DNA from: Tubiluchus corallicola
Taxonomy: Eukaryota > Animalia > Priapulida
Reading direction: 5' to 3'
Assembly: GCA_030141605.1 (NCBI GenBank)
Contig: JAQGDQ010000309.1
Span: forward strand, 124,001 to 188,000
DNA: 64,000 bases
The first letter of the stretch is position 1, and every line of letters begins with the position of its first letter. Shown here piece by piece: positions 1-12,750 of this stretch. The notes below the pieces were generated by a model. The model made no database searches. It was given only the letters and a program-made list of their open reading frames with translations, and was not told where the DNA came from. The position numbers and the translations under genes are program-made.

Positions 1-38
1 CCACTAGTTACCTGCTCATCCATAATGCTCATGTCAAC

Positions 39-103
<65 letters not shown>

Positions 104-150
104 AGAGAGAGAGACAGAGAGAAAGGGGAAGAGAGGGAGAGGGAGAGAGA

Positions 151-181
<31 letters not shown>

Positions 182-200
182 GGGAAGAGAGGGAGAGAGA
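39..200. repeat. (GA)n microsatellite
   Basis: Near-pure GA dinucleotide run; explains ORFs 25..228 and 34..405. Confidence 0.97.
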
Positions 201-620
201 GGATGCCCACACTGTATCTCGACACTAGGTGGAAGAGCTGCACAAGCAGCCAGCGGCTAGAGGGCGGAGGAGGTCTAGTGACCCAACGGCCATGTGTACA
301 GGAGTAAACCTTCCAAATCAGGAGTGGAGCCTCGAAGGCGGACCAGTGCAGCATGCTCACTGACTCCGGCAGCTCCTGCAGCCAACCTGGCGCCAAACGT
401 ATCACTCCGCTTTCCTTTGGACTACACCAGGGAGGAAGAGAGGGGGTTCCTGTTGTCTGGGCAACTCAGGATCACCATACACCTTGCCCAGGCGTGTGCC
501 CTGGAGACGTTCAAGGATCGCACTGCTCAGCCACAGTCGACGCTGCAGCTCCATCAATGTGATCAATAACTGACTCTCTTGTCGCACACTCCATTGTCTT
601 CCGAGACAGAAGGATGCCAA
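201..620 (+). mobile_element. 5S-derived SINE, copy lacking the 5S head (body only)
   Basis: GGATGCCCACACTGTATCTCGAC...GAGACAGAAGGATGCCAA closely matches 34214-34629; candidate TSD CATAATGC at 21-28 and 626-633. Confidence 0.9.
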
Positions 621-1327
621 CAATTCATAATGCGAGGAACTGATTACCATGAATACCCTACAAGAGCTTGAGAAACCATATGTCCACCTAACTTACATTT
701 AATATTTTAAAATATAATCGTTTTTCTTTAGTTAATAATCTTCCAAGTCATGTGACTGATAAAGTTCATACTCATGGTTATAAATCCTTCAGGAAGCATC
801 GTAAATTACTTTTCCATAATACTTATTCTAATTTTGTATGCGCACTGTGTTCTAATCGTCGTTAATTAAGTTGATCAAATGTGTGATATATCATTGTTTT
901 ACTTCAGGTTATGCAAGTTCATACATCAATCGGTAAAATCCTATAGAGGAATTGTGTTAATAGTTAACATTCTGTATGATCAATCGTTCACTGATCGTCA
1001 TTGTTTTGTCACCACTTCTCACCATCGATCAAACTACTGTATCCTATTGTATTCTACTTAATGTTAAAGACCTGTCTAGGTCTCCCAGCCCACGTGTGTA
1101 TGTAAACCACGTATGTCTCCACATTGTAAACCTGTGAAGTGAGTTAAATAAAAAATAAATGTTAACAGTTAAAAAAGTTATTTTGTGTACATCACTTAAA
1201 ATCTCTGGAAAATATATTCTTATTTTTCTTACTTTTCCTAGTGTTGCACTAACTACTATTGCATTGAATTTCAGGATTAGAAAATTACAAAAATTAGAAA
1301 ATTAGGACTGCATATACTTAACTCTAG

Positions 1328-2112
1328 GTGAGCGCCATACAACTAAAAGAGAATCTTGCAAAAGAGAAGAAGAAAGAGGAGCTTAAGAAAAGACCGGTTG
1401 AAAACTTCCCCTCCAAAGTGGATGAGTTAGTCGCTTATGTGGACAAAATCTATTCTGAAATGGAAATGGATCCTGTTTATTCTAAGTATCTAAATGCAGG
1501 TAAACTTCCATGTGTTCTAAAGTGAATATGCATCATATAAAAATCAAAAATGAAAAAGTTTTTAAATTCTTTTTAACAAGAACAGCATCCGTTTTCTAAA
1601 TAGTGTACTATAAATAAATTATAATAAATTTTGTTACATTTGTATTAGCAAAATCCAACGAGACACCTGCACACTAGCAGTTATTCTTCATATTTTTCCT
1701 GACGATGACTGCTAGTGTGCAGTAGAGACGGTGAATTTTTGTAATAAAAATGTAACGAAATTTATTGTAAACTGGTAGTTTATGAAATGCGTGAAATGTT
1801 GCTCAAAAAGAAAAGAAAAAAGAGATCAGGCATTTTGGATTGTAAAGGTTTCTGTATTTTGGCATTTCGGTATGAACAATGAACAATTAAACGTTTTGTC
1901 AAAAAGAAACTTTTGTCAGTAATGTCCCAGAATGTGGAATTTCAGACCAAAATTAACGCAAAGTCCATGCATCCATACTACACTTATTATCGCCATACGT
2001 TGTTGCCATTCTCATTACAGGAAAAGCTGGAAACAAACGTCAAATATCGAAACGTTCCAGTTCAGAAATCAGACAAGATATTCAACAGATGGAGGAAGAA
2101 TTGGGGTATTAG
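1328..2112 (+). CDS. Last two exons of an unidentified gene (1328-1499, 2021-2112)
   Basis: ctctag|GTG...GCAG|gtaaac and cattacag|GA...TAG; phases join (G+GA) to give VSAIQLKENLAKEKKKEELKKRPVENFPSKVDELVAYVDKIYSEMEMDPVYSKYLNAGKAGNKRQISKRSSSEIRQDIQQMEEELGY*. No family recognised. Confidence 0.55.
1622..1768. mobile_element. Inverted pair of Penelope-like pLTR fragments with degenerate hammerhead motifs
   Basis: 1622-1690 is an imperfect reverse complement of 1699-1768; the + arm reads CTGACGA-T-GACTGC-TAGTGT-GCAGTA-GAGACG. Confidence 0.6.
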
Positions 2113-2955
2113 TTACACAACAGCGATAATTCAAAGGCTGTGACAATACAATGACAATTTTTTTCCACTTTTCCCTGAGCTAATGTTATTTAACATGATA
2201 TTATATTTAAGCTGTGAAGTGGTAGTTGGCCCACTTTTGTTCAGGGCTTGCTTTTTGGAGGCATTTAAATACCTTCATTTTTTAACTCTAAAAAAATATT
2301 TTTATTAATTATTATAATCTTAACGCCAAGGTTATTTATAATGATAGCACAATCCCAGAAATAACTAAATTTGATACCATAGTTAAAGGATAGGAAATAT
2401 AAAAAGTTTGAATAAGTCCGGATTTAAACAAGAGATTTCCTGCTTACAAAACAGATGCCTAAGACAACTAGGAACACCATATTGCCCAGTGGTCAAGTGC
2501 ATTGACTGTCACTGGGAGATGCTGTGATCTAGGGTGTCTCTGCGTTAGAAGACCCGCAGTTCAAATGCATGTTAGATCCAAAGTTTTTCACATTTCCTGT
2601 CTTTCAAGTTTGGTAATACTTGAAGTCATGTGCCATCATCAAAATTTTGCTTATGTTTATTCTTAGCTCACAGTTCCCAGTATGTAAAACACAAAGAATA
2701 CTTATCTGGTACCGGGTATTCTCTCAAACGATATAGATTTAAAATCGTTATTTTTGTAACAGTCTCTTTGATTGCTCAATTTATACACTGTGATAGGTAG
2801 GCCGATTGAACTACTAAATAATTAACATGTTTTGTTCCATGACAATTGTATGATTATTCTACAAGCTATAATAGGGGCACTGCAACATATTATGGTGCAT
2901 GTCGTGACACATCAAGTAATTCCATTCTAGTAGCATGTAGCTTGATTGTATTATT

Positions 2956-3383
2956 CAGGCCCGCTGAGAGAGGGGGTCAGCTGGGACGCCGCCCGAGGAC
3001 CCACAAGCCAAACTAGGGAAAAAACGACGGTCTACCTTGAGCAAGGTAAACAAAATAAAATGTGTGCTTGCAAACTAAAACCGTCCATAAGTCGGTGTAG
3101 TTAAAACTACCATATTCTGTTTCAAGTAAAATGCATCAAAAATTCAGTTAAATGTCAATATTTTGTTTTTTTTATAAAAGAACAAAGGTTCAGTATCATC
3201 AAATCATCTTTAAAATATTAAAAAATACTAAAAACGTAATTTTATAATCGCTTACTTACTTTTACCCTTTGCTTGCTTCTGACACACTGTGTGGACTTGG
3301 TTTGAGTGTCATTGTTTGGAAAATTGAAAGGGGGGTGAGAGTTTCCTTTGCCCTGGGGCCCAAAAATTCTCTTAGCGGCCCTG
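2956..3383. mobile_element. hAT-type MITE
   Basis: Termini CAGGCCCGCTGAGAG / CTCTTAGCGGCCCTG; perfect 8-bp TSD GTATTATT (2948-2955, 3384-3391). Confidence 0.85.
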
Positions 3384-3754
3384 GTATTATTTTCAAGTTT
3401 TTATTCATTTTATTATTGTACTTGGTGATCTAAATACAAAGCGTGACAATTAGATATATAGGCATTTAATAACTATACATAACCTATATTATAATTATAA
3501 TGATTATATTTCGCAAAAATATTTTTCTGTGTGATTTTTAATTTCATGTAATGAATCAAACGATTGTCATTGAATTGGCTAGACTGCTTTTTGAGAAACC
3601 CTATTATCTATTCGTTTATTATTTATTATTTATTTATTTACTTATTTTATTAAACATATTAATTTATATCATATTTATATATCATACTTAATATATGTAT
3701 TACTTGTAGTATATATATATAAATATATATGTAATAAATATATATATATAGCAT

Positions 3755-3884
3755 ATGTGTGTGTGTGTGCGCATGTGTGTGTGCGTGTGCATGTATGTGT
3801 GTGTGTGTGTGCGTGCACGTGTGTGTGGGTGTGTGTGTGTGTGTGTGTACGTGTGTGCGTGTGCATGTGTGTGCGTGTGTGCGT

Positions 3885-3924
<40 letters not shown>

Positions 3925-3966
3925 GCATGTGTGTGTGGATGTGCGTGCGTGTGTGTGTGTGTGTGC
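3755..3966. repeat. (TG)n/(TGCG) microsatellite
   Basis: Dinucleotide run; source of the HTHT/VCVC ORFs. Confidence 0.95.
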
Positions 3967-4098
3967 GTACGTGAAATTGTGTTTGTGTGGTAATAATTCT
4001 TTCACGTAACATGAAATTTTTGAAAAAATAGTTTCCTTTTAATATTTTAAAGAGTAGACTGTTTTGACCTGCAGTTTAAGATTGGGTCCGGCTTTGCT
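3967..4098 (-). mobile_element. Kolobok-type MITE, left-end fragment
   Basis: Reverse complement (TTAA|AGCAAAGCCGGACCCAATCTTAAA...GAAAGAATTATTACCACACAAACACAATTTCACG) matches the start of the copies at 8394, 37118 and 44433. Confidence 0.75.
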
Positions 4099-4718
4099 TT
4101 AATAAAAAAATTTATTTATAAGCCTAGTTGTTAATTTAATTTTTCTTGTAATAAATATTAAATCAGAACCATCTGGTTTTCGAATTTATCATGTGTTTAT
4201 AGTTATCATAAAGTTATGTATTTATGTTAGAGCTAATTTGCTGGTGGTGGTGCTGAAATCTTTGTAATACGTAATCCTTTACACTTACTGTACTTTACTG
4301 CTCTACCCTTTTAAATTTATTATAAGCATACCATACGTATTCCAGAAAATTTAGGAAGATTTGAATTAAATAGCAAAATTTTAATTGACACGAAGACTCG
4401 AACCTGGGACGTGTTTGAAGCAGATGTACACCAAATGCAGTACAGTTATGTACGCCACTTTGTATAATATTAACATAGTAAGTTTTGATTATGTCGCTTC
4501 AGTTATATCATTTTGTGTGGATTGTTGCTTAACCTTTGATCTACAGCAACTGCGCGTGCGCATAGCGAAACTTTGAAGACTTATTAGGGCTTATTACTAA
4601 TTATTAATACTTCTGTTACTGTCTTGAAAGAGTAATTATTAACTACAATTGTTTGTTCTCTAAACTGCTTGAAAATTGTTTATAAACTGTTTGTCGTGTT
4701 ATTATGCATTTAGTTTAA

Positions 4719-5174
4719 CCCTTTCATATCCGTTGTATCCCGTGGGATACGAGAATATTTTCTGTCTTTAAAATTAATAAAATTTTAAAACTGACAGTTA
4801 TCTGATCTGTTAATAGTTATTTTTATTTAAGCCAATAACAATAGACTAAAAATGGTGATAAAATGGCAAACTAGAAAATCTACATAGCCTAAAAACTGTG
4901 CAAAGTACAGTACTTTAGAGATGATTTTGTACAGATCAGCATAGCGTGCATACTAAATGTCTTAAATACTTTAGAAAATTATCAGCATTTGCAAAATGAA
5001 GCACATTTTATGCTTCCATTGAATCCCAATGTATCCCGTGGGATACAGGCTATATTTAGCACGCGGGCACAGGTAGAGAAAAATAATTATGTGTAAACAA
5101 GATGGACATACTGAACAAAAGTACCAACCCAAAAAATTTTTTCTTATTAAAAAAATAATTTGGGACTGAAAGGG
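4719..5174. mobile_element. piggyBac-type MITE (~456 bp)
   Basis: TTAA|CCCTTTCA ... TGAAAGGG|TTAA; highly similar second copy at 43971-44428. Confidence 0.9.
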
Positions 5175-5969
5175 TTAAACAATTTATGTGAACAACTAAC
5201 TGATTTGTTTAGATAAAGAATAGTTTATTTGCAAATATACAATACATTTGACAAAATAATATTTAAATTGAAAATGAAAAAACACAAGACTACCAAAATA
5301 TCAGCAAAAATGCATAAACAATGTGTGTTAGTCCAATGTGAAAAAACTGTGACAATAAAGAACTTGAATGTAGAAATAACAACACAAATTTACACAATAA
5401 TGAATGCGTACAGTGAAAAAATGCATAAAAATTATGAAACATATCATATCAGTAGCGTATTTGATGAATATTGATAAACAGAAAGTGAATATTGATAAAT
5501 AGAAAAAACGTAATTATGCACTCTGTGTACAATAAATCAAAATACTATTACAAAAATGGAAGAACTGATTATGTTGAGGTAAAAAAGTACAAGGTTACGA
5601 AGAATATTAAGACAAAAGAACATTCACAACGAAATGCCTCGCTGCATTTTCTGCGGCAGAATCGATTGCACTCGGTAGATCTTCTATGAAAGTGACTTGG
5701 AACAGTTACTGTGGAGGGTAGAGCTTGATACAAGCAGTGAGAACGCATTGTGGGGTTTCGACTGCTTTGCATACGAGTCTGTAACTAAACTATCACCAAA
5801 AAACGTATATCGAAGTCCAGGAAGAGAAGGAACTCGTACGTCAGATCTGTTGCTCTCTTCTCTAATAATACATTACAGGATGAGAGGGACGTATTTAGCA
5901 GTGATGCAGAGTAGAAAATCTCAGCAGCCAAGCAGTTCAACTTGCTTCGACATTTCATTACTGCTACAT

Positions 5970-6290
5970 ACATCCCTCTCATTCCACTCTTACACACTCA
6001 CTCTTTCCTTCTCACTCACTCCTGCACAAAATCCATGCCTTTCTCCCCCTCAATCTTTATCCCCTACTCACCTTTCCTCCCCCCCCCCTCCCATACCCAC
6101 ACACACACGTCCCCAAAGTCCCCCTTCCTCTCTACCACTCCCACACCCCCTCCCACTCCCCTCCCGCTTCCACACCCTCCCATATTCTCTTCCCACTACC
6201 ACACCCCCTCCCTTCCTCCCATTCCATCCCCTTCCCACTTCCACACCCCCTTCCACTCACCCTCCCACTATCACACCCATCTTTTCTAAC
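5970..6290. repeat. C-rich low-complexity tract
   Basis: CCCT/CCAC-rich sequence; explains the Pro/Ser/Thr-rich ORFs. Confidence 0.8.
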
Positions 6291-7242
6291 CACACGTACA
6301 TTTGCCATTCTTTTCTAATACTTGCAAGTTTATAAAGCTAAACTGAATGTGGATGGAAAAACTGATTTAGCTTCTTATGACTCCCATATGGTTCCTAAAT
6401 TAGCAGCTTCAGACCCCAATCCTTCCCTTCCTTAGCTGGGTTGTTGGAGAGGCGGGGAGCTTGCTCTACACTGTACAGTATAGTACCTTGTTAACATTTT
6501 ACAATTCGAGCAGTGCACATTAACATATTTGTGCGAACTCTGAAAATTCTTATCTGCAGCTAAAAAAAATTTGCAAACGTCAGCTGTGTGTTTAAACGCA
6601 AAACGCGTTGCTCTTATCTTATTCTTGATCATCTTCAAACAGCAAAACGTGAAGGTCGCAATTATGACCTTCAAAGCTACATCAAAACTTGGAGTTATAG
6701 GTACTAATAACGCGCGGCTAAGGTCTGCATTAAACCATGCAGCGCTGCAGTCCACTTTTACTTTACTCCCGTTTTGATAAAGATTTTAGAAAAGTGATTT
6801 GGAAAAGAATATCAGGTAATGTGTTTTTGATTTTGTAATTTGTAATATTTATTTCCACTTTAAACAAAATATTTTTACAAAATTATCCAAAAAGCACCCA
6901 ATTTCTACGTAATATACATAAATAAATAATATTTAGTTTGCCTGCCAGAATTAAAGAAGACCTTGTGCATTCTGACAGAGGGGTGGAAAGGGTTAGGCAA
7001 ACAAAAGACCGGAGGTATTAGTGGTTAGAGGGAAGTTGGAGGGAAAGTTAGTAAACCTAAAACTATCCTCTATAATGGTATAAAAAAGTAAATTGAATCG
7101 TATATGCTATTAAGCTGTTTAGGAATTTTTCAGTCACGTAACAAGAGAAAATATGGAAGGTATGGGCCCTGCATAAACTTAACACATTTTGAAAAAGAAT
7201 CGTTTCTATAATAACCCAAATTTTGATCTGAGATGAGTGACC

Positions 7243-7430
<188 letters not shown>

Positions 7431-8393
7431 GTATTTTTATTCACCTTTTATTCGTATAAATTTTATTCAGCAGTGCGGTATTAGTATAATTTTTGTTAGT
7501 AATTAAAAAAAAATGTCATACGTCCTACATGTAGTTGCTTGCATATTCATAAAATGATTTTAACAGTTCACAACAATAGCTTATCGTTAAATCAACAACT
7601 GAGTGGTTCATGAAATGTTAATTTTTGGTGTAACGAGAGATTCAGAATTAAATGAAAAAATCTGATAGAATTGCTATACTAATTCTTGCGCAGTTTTTAA
7701 CATGAATCAAATACTAAAGAAATTTTGGTGATTACATTAGCAACCATTATACAGATATACTACTGAAGTGATTTTGTAGTAACTGCTGTAGGTTTACTGC
7801 GCATGGTTACCACTGTGACTGCCCCCTCTCAACTCGCTGCTCTTTTAGTAATAATCAGTGCACTGTATGTTTTACATAATTTGTTTTAGTAACAAATTTA
7901 TATGTTAGATATTTTTGTAGCAAATTTTGTTTTAAAAGTTTGTCTGGTTGTATATCAGTAATTTTACGCAATATGAAGCAGAATTTCTAAAATATAATTG
8001 TTTAAAGCAAAATTTTATTAGGTCTTAATACAGACCTTCTTGTTTTTGTCATTAAATTGCTAATCCAGTTGTTACAGATATATTTTTGAAATAGCTTTAA
8101 ATTGAATTTTAATACCAGATTCAGCCGCCTAATTTATCTATTTGTATCGACCTTCTTTTTTACAGAATTTCAGCAATAATGTGTGTGAATAACGAAAAAC
8201 CAGTCAATATTTATCAAGTGACATCACAGCCTCACATCTTCCAACCACTGTACAGTATTCCAACCTATCTGGTACCTCAGGTGACAAACACATCTGAAAA
8301 TCATGCAAAGGCTAAGCAAACATTTGCTGCAAAGTTTCTTTCTGTTATACAGGTATACATCCAGATTAATTTTCAACATCATGCTTCTCTTAA

Positions 8394-9002
8394 GACAAAA
8401 CCATACCTAATCTTAAACAGTAGGTCGAAACAATCTACTATTTAAAATATTGAAAGGAAACATACTGTTTTTTTTCAAAAATGGCTTGAGTGAAAGAATT
8501 ATTACCACACAAACACAATTTCACGTTCGCGCCACTAGTTCTTCGCTATTACATGCATTTCATCATTTACTAATTAGACGGATACTAGCGCCAGCATTTC
8601 GGAAACGCATTGCACAAAAACAGGTGCTGTTGCTCTCAGTTCAGATGTGTTAGTTTGTGACGAACTGCACACGTTCGACAGCTCGTGTGTGAACGCAGCG
8701 CTAAAATTGAAATTTGAGTTTTTATCTTAGAAGTTGCCTAGTTTTAGTAGAACGCACTGAACGTCTTACAGTAGCACTGTACTAAAATTTTCACTTTCGC
8801 AAACACGCTGGTAGAATGTTTTTGCTGTTGAAAATTATGTTAGTTTGTGACAACGTCAATAGTTGGGCTCGCCCGCCGTTAATTAAGTTTTTAATCTATT
8901 ATTTAATTATCAGGACCGCTTTTGCAGCATTAATTGTGTTAAAATGTATACTTTTCATCGAACTTAAAAATGGGGATATATGAAAAATCATCCTGTGTTC
9001 CG
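8394..9002 (+). mobile_element. Kolobok-type non-autonomous DNA transposon (~610 bp)
   Basis: Flanked by TTAA; shares its full body with 37118-37738 and 44433-45541; family termini TTAA|AG(C/T)AAAAC..GG and CCTGTCTTCCT|TTAA form short TIRs. Confidence 0.75.
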
Positions 9003-9186
9003 TTAAGAAACGAATTTTTGAACATAATTTTCCCAAGTATTTAGGGAAAATTACTAATAATGATGATTGTGATGTTCAACCTACATTATTCGTTCCGTCG
9101 AGAACGAATGGCAAAATGAATAAAAATTATGTGTTACAGCGTTTATACAGTATTTTGCTGCACTTTATCTGACGTCAAAAGTTCAG

Positions 9187-9495
<309 letters not shown>

Positions 9496-12030
9496 TAGTT
9501 GTTGTGGTGGTGGTGGTGGTTGTTATTATTAGTCCATATTTACAGTCGGCTTTACAGTCGGCTTTTAAATAAAAAATTAACATAAACTCAAAGAATGGAG
9601 ATAATTATAGAACCTCTTTAAATTGTTCTATTTCAATGTCACTTAATGAAACAGTTGATTATAATTACACAGAATTCAGAGCAGGAGGGCCAGTTGAGCA
9701 GGTTACTATAACTGAGTCCTTTCGACATTTATCAAGTTACAATCGTCCCAAAACATTAGGACAAATTGAAAATACCAAAAGGCGTTTTTGAGAAACCTTA
9801 TGACAAACACAACAAGAGTAAAGAAATAAAAAATAAGAGTAATATCATTAACTTCTTGGTTGTTTTGTCCAGTTTGTCTGTCTGCATGTTGTAACCCATA
9901 ACCTCAAAATGATGAACACTTTGGTACAGGTAGATTTCCTTTATTACTGTGCTCAAAAAAATTGCAGTCTGAAATAATTAAAGTAAAAAGCAACATTTGG
10001 AACTTAATAATTTACTTACCTTTAACACACTACAACAAAAATTAAATTTAAAGCACTAACCTCAGTTCAGGTAAATAAAAAAACCACAAAATATAATTTG
10101 AAGGAAACATACCTTAACAAATTACATTATGAAATTTGAAATCAGTTCTTTACCAGCAGACTATAAAACCTGAACTACTACTGCCTAACATACAATAGCC
10201 AGGACTCCTGTTACACCTCATTAACTCTAGTTGAAACCCAGTAAATGGTATGTAAGCAGATAGTACAGTAAACAGCTTAAAAATAGGTAAATTATTTTTA
10301 CAGGCAAACAACCAAAAGATGGCAGCACCTCCCGAAGATACTGCCACTTTCTGCTAAGTCTAAGTCTAAAAAAGCATTAATTATGGCACAACTGTGTAAC
10401 AAAATGCACATTTTCAAATCGTTTCCTTAACAATACATTGCTTCTGCTAGTTATTATGTGATACGTAAGTTTACCTGTCATGGATGCTGTTGTTCTTACA
10501 TTGGTCAGACAAATCCACAGTTGAAAATGAGTTGGGAATTGACTTCTTAATTACGGATTTAGCAACATTTACTGTTGATCTTTTTTTAATGAAAAGCCAT
10601 TCTACACCAAACAACAAAAACCTGCACGTAACTCAAAACTTGAAGATTTCTTTACTTGTGCGATTCACTATTTTGATTACAGCCAAATGTTAAGAGTGAA
10701 AATGTTTATTATAAATATGGTCACTCCCTTTTTTTAACTTATTGAAACCTAGATTGATCTTATGTTTTTAGGTGATTTCTGGTTACCTAGCGACATTCTC
10801 GGAGGTTGCTGTTATAATTCTTACCGTAACCATAAAACTGTGGGGAATCTCACAGCTTGAACCCACTGATGTCGGCATTTGGTGTGGAGTCATCTTTGTG
10901 GCGGCTGGCGTTGTGTCTTGCTTATAAAATTACTGCTTGTAATATTGCTTATAATAATGACATCAAAATGTACCTAGAGGCCTAAAGTCTTAGTCATTAC
11001 CTTGTATAGTTAATAAATCTTCTCTTCTGTTAACCATTTCACATTTTACCCATAGTTTCCTGCCTGCCTGCCTTGTAATAGTCATTAAAATTACATATTG
11101 TTCAGTATTAATGTAAGGAAAATGTAAGGAACGTTTTGTTAATAATTTGTTTTCCTTTTATTTTAACCTGACGATGCTACAAATTAAACTAACACTATAG
11201 AGTTAGCACACAAATAGCAAAGATTTTCAAATGAAACTTCAAATGCTTTTCATAGCATCATAGAACCAAGCATACTTTATTTAAGACTGCAGCTATGAGA
11301 AACAAAATGTAAATATTGCGATCTCTGTAAATATGATTTATGTATTTATTTTGTTACCAGACACATGGAAACAGGAATAGAGAGCTTTAGCTGGTGTGAC
11401 ACTTTGGCTTCAGATAAACTGTTTACGAAAAACAATTTCTAATCTTAAAGATTAGTCCAGGTCATTTAGCAGATAATAAAAATCAATCGGTCTGCTAAAA
11501 AACATGAAATAAAATTCTAGTCAGTCATACAATTTCAGATCGTCTTTTGCTTGTTTGTACATGGGAGAGCACTGGTGTTAAAATTTAATACTCAATATAC
11601 TTAATTATTAGTTAATATTGTTAATTTGCTTTCTGGTAATTAAGCAATGAGCATTCTACAGAAGCTCGCTCCTGATCACACGTCCAAAACTTAATCGACC
11701 AATTTTATTCATTGAGGATTTCCTTATTTTATGAGAAAAGAATATCAAAGTTATCTTTGTAACTTGCACTTGACACGGTCACTTCAATCTACCAAGCTAT
11801 TTCGTGTAAAACTTTCGTGATATGCAGTACTGCATTAGATTAACTGTTTTCTATGTGTTGATCTAGGTAAGTTGCTAGTAACATGACAATCATTAAACAT
11901 TCAGCTCCAACATTGAAGCATGCAAAGTTTATGAAAGATACAGGACACTACATGTTTCCACACTAATACAATTGGCACTAAATTTGGAGAATAACGCCAT
12001 TATTTCTCCAATCAGCATTTCTCATTTGAA

Positions 12031-12750
12031 CTAGTTAGCATTGGATTCACAGACGAATGAAGTTGTGTAGGTACATGGAGCGTCATTCCAATGGTAATTC
12101 TGTTGGTCCCAGATATGTGTACAATGTTCATTTCCCATATTATTATCAGGTTGATTATCAGACCAGTCCGCGAAGGTGAAGGGTTGGCCATTGGCAATCC
12201 ATCTCCAGTTGCCTTCACTGTGTTGATCTGTTCCACCAATCCAGACACTGCTAATACCTATTGGAAAAATATGTGAACAGTGTCACTGTGTAGTGAGATA
12301 AGTTATATTTGAGTAAATAAATTAGTTTGAATTGAGATAGGTTAAATTGCATTTGCTTGATTTGTTGCAAGGATTGTTGCAGGTTGAGACAGGTTTATGC
12401 AGCAAGTGTGTTTTTGCTGTTCTAAGAAAATTAACTTTGTTGTGGGATATATTCAGCAAATTTTTAACAAAAAATCGCAGCCTGCTATGTCTGTAATTGG
12501 TGTAATATGTAGATGCACATGGACGTATACACGGTGTTAATATTTTACCATTAGTAGCTTTAATTTGATCCACTAAGAACTGATTTTCTGCGGCTGTTTC
12601 TATGGTAACGAGGTCTGCTCCAATCGCATTGCAAGTCATAACAGCTTCTATCCAGGTAACTTCGGGGTTAGCATAAAATCTGTAACAATGTCCACTGAAT
12701 AACACATCTCCGTTTTTACATTGCTTGATGGTGTCTTCAGCGTTTGATAT
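12031..12750 (-). CDS. C-type lectin domain protein (perlucin-like), last two exons 12750-12549 and 12257-12031
   Basis: cag|ISNAEDTIKQCKNGDVLFSGHCYRFYANPEVTWIEAVMTCNAIGADLVTIETAAENQFLVDQIKATN-G|gt..ag|-ISSVWIGGTDQHSEGNWRWIANGQPFTFADWSDNQPDNNMGNEHCTHIWDQQNYHWNDAPCTYTTSFVCESNAN*. Canonical CTLD cysteines, WIG, QPD and WND motifs; splice phases consistent. 5' exon(s) not located. Confidence 0.92.

Noticed and set aside
294-569. Conserved 91-95 aa ORF repeated at 34306-34593
   Set aside because: Falls in the SINE body; conservation reflects copy identity, not coding constraint.
2480-2590. tRNA gene candidates (also 48030-48080 and 60925-60990)
   Set aside because: Only isolated A/B-box-like motifs, no cloverleaf; probably decayed tRNA-SINE heads.
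5697-6335. 212-aa proline-rich ORF
   Set aside because: Driven by a C-rich low-complexity tract; no splice or domain support.
11165-11225. Hammerhead candidate CTGACGA-T-GCTA...TAGC-AAAG
   Set aside because: GAAA box absent and no convincing stems I/III; at best a heavily decayed remnant.
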